Below, piece by piece: positions 51,940 through 64,000 of a DNA stretch of 64,000 bases. A program made the translations under genes and the position numbers. The stretch covers positions 16,058,001 to 16,122,000 of the forward strand of contig OZ024743.1 in assembly GCA_964016885.1 (NCBI GenBank), given 5' to 3'. The stretch comes from Eledone cirrhosa (Eukaryota). A model generated the notes under the pieces. The model was not told the origin of the DNA. It worked only from the letters and a program-made list of their open reading frames with translations, and did no database searches. The number at the start of each line of letters is the position of its first letter. Position 1 is the stretch's first letter.

Positions 51940-52883
51940 TTGAGTGTCAAATATTGATTTTATGTGGAATATTAATGTTAATGTATTTTTGGGAATTTAT
52001 TTAATGCATCTTTGTGAATTAAATATAAATCAGTATCCAAAACAGTCTATCCATAGCTTCTTAATCAATTGTATCTACTTGACACATATTAATATATACC
52101 AAATGTTGACAAGATAAGTGGCTGAGAGATTAAATGAAAAAAAAAACTCACTTTAAGAATTCATAAATCACAATGTAAAACTTATTCTCACACTAATGGC
52201 AAGCAAATGACAAAACATATAAATGAAAATTAATATCTAAATGCTAAACAGCAATAATTTTAAATGGCCCCAAATCAATATTTAAGAAATGTCAGATTCA
52301 GATTTCTTAGTTAGTCATATTATAAGACAGATATTTTAGGAATTTAGATATAAATCAAGCTATTTGATATGCTAATTTATTTTATATTACATACTTCCAT
52401 TTCTATAGTTGCAAATCATTGGAGTAATATCTATATAGACATTACAAAACTGTTAAGTCCCACTATTTAGTATCTTATCTATCAGACTAAATAATGTTTC
52501 CAGATTAATAGAAATGTACAAAATTTAAAAATGCTTAAATATAACTTATAGTATAGTGAGAAGACTATATTACTTATACATTATGCACATGTGTTAAGCA
52601 TATGGTTCTTGTGAAGATCATGAAATAGTGTTCTAAGCCTATGCATAATGTATGTCCTCTTTGGTCAGTGTTGAACATGTATGTATAAAATGCTCTTCTT
52701 TAGGTAATTTTTTGTTATAGAAGACCAGCAGTTTCACATGCTAAAAGTCTCCTCTTTCAACACTAAATATATTTTCCAAAGGAAAGGTAAGAGTCAGTAA
52801 CACTTGGAACCAGTGCTGTTACAGGTGAATTCAGAATGTATAGAACCTTAAATGTTTAAGGTTTTAAGAATTATGCCAAATTA

Positions 52884-52975
52884 TTGCACATTAATTAGTT
52901 GAATTATAGATTAATTAGACAAGTCCAATTTTGCACATTAATTAGTTTAATTATAGATTAATTAGACAAATCCAG
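52884..52975 (+). repeat. ~47-bp tandem duplication
   Basis: ttgcacattaattagtt.aattatagattaattagacaa.tcca twice. Confidence 0.85.
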
Positions 52976-53024
52976 ATTTTGCTTCAGCTGTTGGATTCTA
53001 TGGGAAAATTCAGCAAGGTGTAAT

Positions 53025-53425
53025 GTCAGTTTGCAGGCAATCCCTTTGGTTCAATTAAGAAGCCAAAGTCACAATCCGAGCAAAGAAGGTATCTTACAAA
53101 ACTTGGTTTGAAAACAAGCCCTCCTTGAACTTGCAATAAAGGCAGATGTAAAAAGTTGTAGCAGAGACAGTAAATGCATCGAAAGTAAAGATATGGGAGG
53201 AATTTAGTGGCAGTTGGAATCCACACAGTTCATCAGCTAGCTTGGACTTGACAATCTCCCTGCATCTCATTGCTAGACACTTAGGATAGACTTTACCGGA
53301 GAGGCTTAACAAGGAGATCCATTGGCAATTGGAACAATCCCTCTTCTCTCCCTTTTTGAAAATTGGGATTATCACTCCCGATTGCCATTGCTTAGGTGTC
53401 TTTCCAGAGATCCAGGCCACCTGGT
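53025..53425 (-). pseudogene. Old RTE RT N-terminal fragment
   Basis: PKQWQSGVIIPIFKKGEKRDCSN..ISLLSL.GKVY. Confidence 0.75.
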
Positions 53426-53772
53426 GTATTCATTTTACATCTCATTTCCTTGTTGGCCTGTTTTGGATAGGTTGTTTCAGTTTGAGGTGAGATGAATTTT
53501 AGAAACCTCATTTTGTTCCTACATTCCTTATTTGGCAGGTTTCTGCAGCTTGATGTCCTTCCTAATGCCAACCACCTTTTGGGGCTACTGGTTCCATCTT
53601 TTATTTTTTGTGGGACCATTAGTACCATTTTAGGAAGTGTACTCAGAGTGTTTTATCAGCACGCACATATTTACATATGTATATATATATATATTCAATG
53701 TGTTTGCCATCATTAATGAGGAATGGTAATTCCTCAATGTATTTGAAAGTATTTCCAGTTGTCATTCCTTGT

Positions 53773-53856
53773 GTCATAGATATATAAAATAGCTTCCACT
53801 TTAAAGCTACATTTGTCATAGATATATAAAATAGCTTCCACTTTAAAGCTACATTT
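53773..53856 (+). repeat. 42-bp perfect tandem duplication
   Basis: tgtcatagatatataaaatagcttccactttaaagctacatt twice. Confidence 0.9.
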
Positions 53857-54224
53857 GGTGTGAAAGACCCATCCCCATCTCCATAGTCTTAAAAAATATG
53901 TTCATGATGAATATGAGAGGCTATAGATTGAATCTGTGAGGTCTTAAATTCTAAAATCTAATATCAAAATGCTATCCCAAGAACATCTTGAGCTGCATCA
54001 ACTCTTATATAATCCTCTTATATTGCATATTTATGTAAGCTGATGTTGTTCTTACAGAAATCTATATCCTTATTAATCAGCAGATATTCTGAAATTATTT
54101 ACATTGCACTCAGTCTTCATGCTTGTAATAACAGAATATTCAATTGATAAAATTTAGGATTCACTTCCATACACGATGACACTTCACAAATGCATCTTAC
54201 AGAATAGCTGCCAAAAACTGCTAA

Positions 54225-54365
54225 CATAGTAGAGCCATTAGCGCATTAGAAAAATGTTTTTAGTAGTTAATTTCAGTTCTTTGCATTTTAATTTCAAATA
54301 AGGTTGACTTTGCCTTTTATCTTTCCATGACCAATAAATCAAGTACCAGTTGAACACGAATGTCA
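54225..54365 (+). mobile_element. Degraded SINE (second group)
   Basis: aggttgactttgccttttatctttccatgaccaataaatcaagtaccag. Confidence 0.5.
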
Positions 54366-55329
54366 ATTTAAATTGCCTGTAGGGTGCAGTTACCTGCAAA
54401 TGATGGCTCAGTAATATGCAATATACATATGATATTTATCTAAAGAGGCCTATCAATACCTTTTCCACAAGGATCTATGAGATAAGCGAAAAAAATATAT
54501 TTTCATAAAGAATGTCACTATTAATTTATTTTTTATACTACCAATAACTATGTGAAAGGATTATTATTATGGTTACATGCTGTTTCCTATTCAATTTCCT
54601 TTCCAGTGAGAGCTATGTAGCTTTCACTCTCTCTATTCCATTATTCCTTTCCTTACAAATACCCCACTCTCTTTCATCCATCCCACTCACATTCTCTCTT
54701 ATTTCAGCCTCTTGGACACCACTATTTTTACTATCTCTCTATGCCTAGAAATCAAAGTATGAGTTGTTCACACTAGAAATGCTCGGGGTTATAGGCCTGC
54801 TCAATTAGAGTCAATAACCAACCATAATGCCTTTGCATTTCCTTTCATATTTCAAATTCAAGATTTTAAAGATTTAGGTTGATATTTTAAAAAAATCATT
54901 AACTCTAAGAAGTATGATCACTTATCTGATAACCATAATTAAAAGTTTTATCAAGTATATTAAACCATACATAAGGATGTTTAGTTTCTAGATTTATTGT
55001 AAGAATTCTCTCCATTTCATAGATATTGTATTTTATTACGTGAATTTGCACTTGTTTTTGTTTTGTTTTTTCCAAATGTTTTACAGTACTTATTATGTTT
55101 GTGAGAAGTGATTTATAAATGATTGGATTTGGTTGGTTTTAAAAGGAAAAGCCCTGTAATAAAACTGTATTTACAGTTGAACAGCGCATTTTTCCATAGA
55201 ATAATTATTTATGCATATCATAACTATGTATTTAGGAATAAAAAAAAGTATATACTTTTTTCAGTCATATTCACTGGTCCATACTTAGCAAGATACTATG
55301 TGAATATATATATATATATATATATATAC

Positions 55330-55402
<73 letters not shown>

Positions 55403-55404
<2 letters not shown>

Positions 55405-55448
55405 GCTAGCGTGGAAAATGGACGTTAAACGAAGATGATGATGATGAT
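55403..55448 (+). mobile_element. ~45-bp RTE 3'-terminus micro-insertion in a TA tract
   Basis: atgctagcgtggaaaatggacgttaaacgaa(gat)n. Confidence 0.75.
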
Positions 55449-56695
55449 ATATGTGTGTGTGTGTATATGCATTTGTGTTTATGTGAGTCGAAATTGTAAG
55501 TCGATGTTTCTTAATCAGTGTATATGTAAAGAATTTAAAATTTAGTTATATGTTCAGTTATTTCAGTTTAAATGAAAAATATTTTTCTACATATAACATA
55601 GAAGGTATCCAGGCAATTCTGAGAATTACTGCTAGTTTAAAATAAATGCACTAATAGAAGGAAGAGACAGTTTGCTAAACCAATGCCTTAAAAAGAAACA
55701 TACAAATAATGTAATATTTGCAATGGATAATAAATTTCAATCTTTGGGATAATAAATTTCAATGTTTGTTTCATTATAAACCGAGGTGACTTAAAGCTCT
55801 CACTTAAATTCTGTATTGATAAAAAGGTAGAAACATCACATAGGAAGGTAGAATTTTGATATGTATATATATAACCTTGTTCTAGTATGAGACACAAAGA
55901 GACATTTTATGCATTCACTCAAACTGCTAGAAATAGCAGATAATTCACTCATATAAAGTTACACCCGACTATCTTATTAAAAAATACACTATAACCATGA
56001 CTGAATTACTTTTGACAAGAGGTCTGCTCAATCAAACCTGACTTGCAATAAAACAGCAGCCTAACTCATGTTATACTTTCTCTTTATCCAAGTCCTTTTC
56101 CCCCATTCCTTCTTCATATTTGTTTCACATATTTTTGAATATCTGGTTGTCCTTCAACAGTTCAGATAACCTCAGGTTTTTCTTCAGAGTTGCATTTGTT
56201 GCAAATTGTAATGCATGTGCCTATCTTGTTTAAACATATATGATAAAATGCTACATTCTTAGAAAATTTCTTAATATGCCAAGGATAGAAAAAACCTGAA
56301 AACTACTATGTTACACAACAATTTGAAGAATATTTATCTGCCAATAATTTTTTCCTATTTCTTTTAGATACTCATCCCTTTAGAATTATGTGAAATATCA
56401 CAAATGCCGTTGCAGTGTATTTAACATAGATTTTGCATGGTCTTTTCTGACTGAATGCCATTCTTATCATCAAATGCATTGCAGCATAGACTAGGTATAT
56501 TCTATCTTAACTCCACCACTAGGGAGCCTATTTTTTATGACTTAAATGGCCACTCTACACTATCAATTTTCTTTCATAGTTTCTGCTTTCCTAGGTGGGT
56601 TGTCTTCATTATAACTTATGGAATCCATACCTCTCCCATGTATGTATTATTTGCAGTAATGTTCTCCCAGATGGTTTGCCTTCACTGGTACTTAC

Positions 56696-56851
56696 ACAAT
56701 TCTACACTTCATCATGGAGTATTGTTCATCATTAGGAGTATTGTTCATCATTAGGAGTATTGTTCTTTTAGAGAGGTTGCTTTCATAATCCTTTATGGAA
56801 CACACGTCTGCCCCATACATGTGCATTAGTATTTTTATCATATCATCATAT
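56696..56851 (-). pseudogene. Candidate decayed ankyrin-repeat exon
   Basis: Strong acceptor ctcccttatctcttttcag and donor gtaagt. Translates as YDDMIKILMHMYGADVCSIKDY..RTIL and contains a 19-bp internal tandem repeat. Confidence 0.3.
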
Positions 56852-58482
56852 CTGAAAAGAGATAAGGGGAGATAACTGAATAAGTGGGTTTCTATCACTA
56901 CATCTATGGTGCTCACCTCCACCTGAAAGCAATGCATTGATATCCTCATTATCATACATTTGTGATGGAGTGAAACCTAAAAGGTCGAAGTTAACTGGGT
57001 AGAAAGATGACTGAAACAGAAGGGTCTAAGGGAGGAGTGTAAGGGAGAGTATACGTGTAAAGAGACTGAGTGTTTTAGTGAGAGAAGTGGATATGTTAAT
57101 TTGATATTGCATTTACCTGAGTATATAAATACATTCTATTTAATTTCATGTGGAACAGATTTTTAATTGTATTTGAAAGCCAAGAAATCTTCTTTAATCT
57201 TAGGTCAACTCTAATTGAGCAAACATATGATCAAAGTTATTTCAAATATGAACAACCATCACATTTTCAAACAATGTTTCTAATTATAGCAGATCATGCA
57301 ACCACAACATTTTTCCAGCATAGGTGTTCTTAAGAATATAGTGTTCACATTTGGTTTATTTTATATCATTTATTAGAATTGCTTCACTTTTTATTTTAAA
57401 CACTTCTATAGATAATATTCATAGGTATTATATACTTTTATTATCAATAAAGTATTGATTTTCTGTAACTAAAGTGACAAAAAATAATATTGTTTTAAAT
57501 TCATGGAAATGAATATTCACAATAGAAAGTGTAGTCAAAATTTGATTGGCTATTTTAAATATGGTGTTATTCCATGCACCATTAACATGGTGATGAATGT
57601 ATATAAAAGGCCATTCAACAACCTGAGCTACAAAAGGTCTAGAATATATCATGTCAAATCAAGTATAAATATCAATGCACAACAAAACATAATAGAAACG
57701 AAAATGTAATCTGAACATTTTGTTTTGATCTGTTGTTTAACCTAACAAAGATTTTCCGTGACCCTTTGAAGCAAACTATTCATTTCGACTTGTTCATATG
57801 TAAATTATACATCCCATCTTAATTTTATGTACCAAACCTTGTTAGTTTATGTTTTAAACACTAACTTTGTGTTTCATCTTTTCAGGGTCAATAATTAAAG
57901 AACTAATCTAGGTCAGTACTTTGGCAGAGTTGCAAGAGCATTAGACAAGATGTCTTGGTATATTTATTCCACTTGTTTGAATTCTGACTTCAAAAACCCC
58001 AGAAGTTTATTTGGGAGATAGACATAATATATTATCTAGTTTACCACCAATAGCTAACATTTGATGTGCTTTAGTAGTAGAGCTGCATTGCAATAACCTG
58101 AGATATCCATCAACAAAATAACTGTCCTAACAGTTTGCAGATATTGAAAAATCACTCTTTTGTCAAATTTTAATCCATTAGCACCAGATATTCTGCAAAT
58201 ACAATTTTAGGTCTATTCAGTTCATGCATATGTTTGAGACAAATACCCACACTCTCAAACCAGAATGTTTACCCTGGAAACTTCTACCACTCTGTAACCA
58301 ACACCAGACCTACCAAAACATCTACACATACTTCAAATGAACATTCAGTCAGTCAGCAATACTAAATACACTGAGCAATAGACTTGCTAGACTCACACGT
58401 ATATATATATATATATGTTGGTTCACTCAACAGATGTTGCTAATTTACATTTTGAAAATGCTAGTAATGGTAAAACCTTCAA

Positions 58483-58524
<42 letters not shown>

Positions 58525-59075
58525 ATCATCATCATCATCGTTTAACGTCTATCTTCCACGCTAGCATGGGTTTAGACGGGAATTGTCCCACTTGAGGCAA
58601 TATTGGTTGTCTTGCTCGTATAGGACTCTCTGGCAGGTTTTCTACAGCTGGATGCCTTTCCTAACACCAACCACGTTTACAGTGTGGACTGGGAGGTTTT
58701 TACCGTATTACCTACACGGCCACATTACAGCGTGGACTGTGTGTTTTTTTGTCGTGACACCTACATGACCTCATTTATTTAGGACTGGTTGTTGTGGTAC
58801 CAACATAACTTCACATTTAAGGGGGTGGTGTAGATGGCGGTGGGGGCAGGGGTAGTGGGATGGGGGTGTAATTTTGGTTAAGATGTGCCTACTGACTGTA
58901 AGTTTCGCTTTGTACTTAGGCAAGGCCGGTCTTCTGTATTACTGCATAGCGCCAAAGATCTCGGTCCAGTGACATTGTCTTGGAGAGGTGTAAGTGTGTA
59001 AGGTCGGAATTTATCAAATTGTCCCAGGTTTTTCTGGGTCTGCCTACTCTGTAGCTTCCATCAATTTTGCCTTTC
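58525..59075 (-). mobile_element. Diverged RTE family A-like 3' fragment
   Basis: GRPRKTWDNLINSDLTHLHLSK, plus the UTR and (ATG)n tail. Confidence 0.8.
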
Positions 59076-59097
59076 ATATAAATATATGGAGTGAGGG

Positions 59098-59144
<47 letters not shown>

Positions 59145-59157
59145 GAGAGATAGAGAG

Positions 59158-59227
<70 letters not shown>
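59098..59227. repeat. (GATA)n and (GA)n microsatellite
   Basis: Read directly from the sequence. Confidence 0.95.
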
Positions 59228-59233
<6 letters not shown>

Positions 59234-60412
59234 CATATGAATACCTTGAAAATTGTTTGGAGTTCAGATTTATAACTACAAGCATTATTTCTTATCAGCA
59301 CCGTACAAGATATTTTTTCTTTCAATGTTGGTCCTCAAAAACCAAATAACAATATTAATAAAAATACTGAAGGCAAAAAAAATTCAGTTCTGGATGAAAA
59401 CACTTGTTAAGCAAATAATATTCATAAGTGAAACCTGTTCAATGTTTAGCCATATAAATCATTAAAAATTGACATTGAAATATTACCAAGTAGTGTTCAC
59501 TTGATTGACAAAGGATTGATAAATTTCAAGAACTACTGAAGAGAAGAACATGATTTTCCAGCTATATGCATGCACAGACATAAACATTGAATTTCTGACA
59601 TCACCAGTGGATTGGTGATGGTAAAGACAAAATTACTCAGAAAAGGGTGTTGAATTCCTTCAATTTGCATTTTTGTATTAACGATTTCATTTTATTTTTT
59701 AGCATGAATAACAAACGGTTTTTATTCTTCAAGCGTTAAGATAAAAATATCTTTCATGCTAGATTAAATACTTGCTGCTTTTCCCATCCATTTTCACATG
59801 CACACAAAACTAAACAATCTGTCTGTTTACATAATTTTCATATGACAAGCCTTTTAGCATATGCAGGTCTGATCTAAAATGCCATATGAAAATTTGCTTT
59901 CACTAATATTTAATCATCCTTTATGGATTCATCATTCACAATGATAACCATATTTTTTTGCTTCATTCTAAAATATTTAAATAATTTTTCTTTCATTATT
60001 TTCTTTTTTTCTATATGCTTCTTTTCATTATTTATGGTTTTCTGCTATTATCTATGGCTTGCAATAACATTTGCAAAAATCACTTCTAGATATTTATGAT
60101 AAAACTTAAAATTTAGCAAATCCATTTACAGTTTTACGTCATCTCAATTAATATGGTATCTCCTACTACCATTTGCTTACTATTTGCTGTTTGTGTTTGT
60201 TTTTGTTTGATTTATGTGAAAATACAAATGTACATTTATGGTTGCATTATGTAATCATTTTGACATAATATACTGCTTTTCTAGTTCAGCTGCTTTAAAC
60301 TGAGATCAGAGTTCTTCACAAATTAGTGTAAAAAACTAGCTGTGTATTCTCACTTGCAAGCTTGATGAAATGCAAATTGACAATATATATACACACATAT
60401 ATATATATATAC

Positions 60413-60480
<68 letters not shown>

Positions 60481-60528
60481 GACGTAAAATAAGAAAATTA
60501 TAAAAATTAACTTACTTACTAAAATTTC

Positions 60529-60610
60529 ACTCCAACTAAATAGTTTCTGAAAGGGAATAAACATAGTTTCCGAAGAAACGTACGGAGAAGCCTTTCGTCA
60601 TCAGGGAAGT
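60529..60610 (-). ncRNA. Type I HHR, unit 1 (predicted cut between 60534 and 60533)
   Basis: acttcc-CTGATGA-cgaaagg...cctttca-GAA-acta tt tagt-T-ggagt. Confidence 0.75.
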
Positions 60611-61058
60611 CTATTCTCAGCTAAGTTTCCAGGCGATGCGTGGACACAGGGAACTTATACAAAAATAATTCAGTGGATGGAAAAAACCAAAGCGTGGACT
60701 AAGTTCCAAGACATTGAAAAAATCACTGCCTACTGCGTCGGTGGCAAATTTAAAAGAATCAATCACGTGATATCGAGGTTAATCAGTGAGGAGTGGTTTG
60801 TTAAGAAGACAGCAACCGAACCATTACTATGAACTATAGTAGCAGTTTTGGCCAATTTTGGCTCAACAAAATAATTTGGAGATAATTATAAAGAATTAGT
60901 ATATCTACTAACATATATATACAGATGCATACTTATGCCAGCAAATATATAGGTTTTGTCTTAGTAACTTTGTGGTTCAATGCATGGGGATGCAGAACAA
61001 TAATATGAAAGACGTAAAATAAGAAAATTATAAAAATTAACTTACTTACTAAAATTTC

Positions 61059-61140
61059 ACTCCAACTAAATAGTTTCTGAAAGGGAATAAACATAGTTTC
61101 CGAAGAAACGTACGGAGAAGCCTTTCGTCATCAGGGAAGT
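61059..61140 (-). ncRNA. Type I HHR, unit 2
   Basis: Identical to unit 1. Confidence 0.75.
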
Positions 61141-61588
61141 CTATTCTCAGCTAAGTTTCCAGGCGATGCGTGGACACAGGGAACTTATACAAAAATAATT
61201 CAGTGGATGGAAAAAAGCAAAGCGTGGACTAAGTTCCAAGACATTGAAAAAATCACTGCCTACTGCGTCGGTGGCAAATTTAAAAGAATCAATCACGTGA
61301 TATCGAGGTTAATCAGTGAGGAGTGGTTTGTTAAGAAGACAGCAACCGAACCATTACTATGAACTATAGTAGCAGTTTTGGCCAATTTTGGCTCAACAAA
61401 ATAATTTGGAGATAATTATAAAGAATTAGTATATCTACTAACATATATATACAGATGCATACTTATGCCAGCAAATATATAGGTTTTGTCTTAGTAAATT
61501 TGTGGTTCAATGCATGGGGATGCAGAACAATAATATGAAAGACGTAAAATAAGAAAGTTATAAAAATTAACTTACTTACTAAAATTTC

Positions 61589-61670
61589 AATCCAACTAAA
61601 TAGTTTCTGAAAGGGAATAAACATAGTTTCCGAAGAAACGTACGGAGAAGCCTTTCGTCATCAGGGAAGT
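61589..61670 (-). ncRNA. Type I HHR, unit 3 (stem I variant ggatt)
   Basis: As unit 1 with one stem I substitution. Confidence 0.7.
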
Positions 61671-61734
61671 CTATTCTCAGCTAAGTTTCCAGGCGATGCG
61701 TGGACACAGGGAACTTATACAATAATTCAGTGGA

Positions 61735-62889
<1,155 letters not shown>

Positions 62890-62893
<4 letters not shown>

Positions 62894-63100
62894 AAAGGAA
62901 TTGTGGTAAGGAACCAGATGGACCATAACGCACCAGAGTACTCAATACTTAGGGTAGTAGAGTGGGAAATAGGAAAAAGTATGATCCCGACGGCAGTGCT
63001 CAAGCCGTTTCGATGACTATTTCTGGGCTAGAAATAGTTTCAGTCCAGAAATAGCCGTCAAAACGGCTTGAGATCTGCCGTGGGGTCATACTTTTTCCTA
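62890..63100 (-). mobile_element. Small hairpin-headed element (~58-bp arms) containing an HHR 3' half; homologue of 22081-22260
   Basis: taggaaaaagtatga...tcatactttttccta, with GAA-acggc ttgagcact gccgt-C-ggga. TA tracts on both sides. Confidence 0.65.
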
Positions 63101-63111
63101 TATATATATAT

Positions 63112-63950
63112 CCTCCCTGCGAGGATGCCTCTCCAGGATACCAGGGAAATCAACTGACGCGTGCTCCCTCAGAGACTGGCCGATGCGCCATGCGGGCTGT
63201 TGCCTAGGCACATACGTCGTCTATAAGATAGAATGTAAAAGTGCAACCAATACTATATAGGTAGCACAATCCGGCCGCTGTACATCCGGATCAAGGAGCA
63301 CACTAACACCAGGGCCTCGTCTTTCCGGAAACACTTAGCCAAATGCGGAAACAAAGACGTAAGACCCATCGTCACAATTCTAGCGACAGAAAGAAACGCC
63401 GGCACATTACGAATAAAGGAAGCACTTTGGATCAAACACCTAGGGCCACAAATAAACAACCGATCCGGGAGAAGCGAAATGAGGTGGTTGGTTTAAGTAA
63501 ACAAACGATGCAGCAACACACGCACACACACACACAAGCGAAACAGCAACACACGCACACACACACATTATCATTCCACCATTAGAACATACTCCACTGC
63601 CAATACAGACGAACAAGGCAACAACACACGCACACACACACACACACAGTAACATTCACCAAACAGGCAGAGAATACTATGGACTGACAGCTAGCGCCAC
63701 CCCACTCCCACAATTGAAAGAACTATTTCGGCCGCTGACCTCTGCTTCACCGATCCCATTTCACGCGCACGCGCGCTTTGCTGAATACCTCAGATATTCA
63801 AGATAACGAACAGCGGAGGACACAAGCCGCACCTTTCCGATAGACACGCCCCCCCCCCCCCCGAAAAAAATCCCCAGTTGATGGATGTGAATCCGAAATA
63901 TAAAGGGACAATTAAATCTCTCCCAAGGTAACTCTATCTGGTGTTATTAT
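63112..63950 (+). mobile_element. PLE 3' remnant (another family)
   Basis: Manual translation ~63215-63497 with a frameshift: VVYKIEC..C..YYIGSTIRPL.IRIKEH....SSFRKHL..C...LRIKEALWIK...P.INNR. Confidence 0.8.
63871..63908 (+). ncRNA. Decayed minimal HHR
   Basis: tccc-CAGTTGA-t-ggat gtga atcc-GAAA-tata-aa-ggga. Confidence 0.45.
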
Positions 63951-64000
63951 TTTTATCCTTTACGCTCTTTCCTACATTCTTCTACACGCTACATTCTTCT

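Overview
AT-rich animal genomic DNA, most likely from an octopus-like coleoid cephalopod. That assignment is inferred from the tRNA/CORE-type SINEs with RTE-derived tails, the RTE LINEs and the very dense (TA)n tracts. I cannot support any intact host gene. The window is intergenic or intronic and full of decayed non-LTR retroelements: at least four RTE-type LINE families, a CR1/L2-type LINE, two SINE groups, and remnants of about six Penelope-like element (PLE, GIY-YIG) families, many sitting in (TA)n tracts. The signal the ORF track does not show is about 18 type-I hammerhead ribozyme (HHR) motifs of many architectures, several of them decayed. The strongest cases are: (i) a non-coding 530-bp unit repeated 2.4 times in tandem (60473-61737) with one HHR per unit, which looks like a retrozyme (circular-RNA-producing) element; (ii) a 213-bp-arm fold-back (38079-38506) carrying back-to-back HHRs with a ~115-nt extended stem II; (iii) recurrent fold-backs whose axis lies at an HHR; (iv) a fixed internal priming site in one PLE family. 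There are also weak traces of a decayed ankyrin-repeat gene on the minus strand. All structures were folded by eye, coordinates of degraded repeats are approximate, and ribozyme activity is untested.
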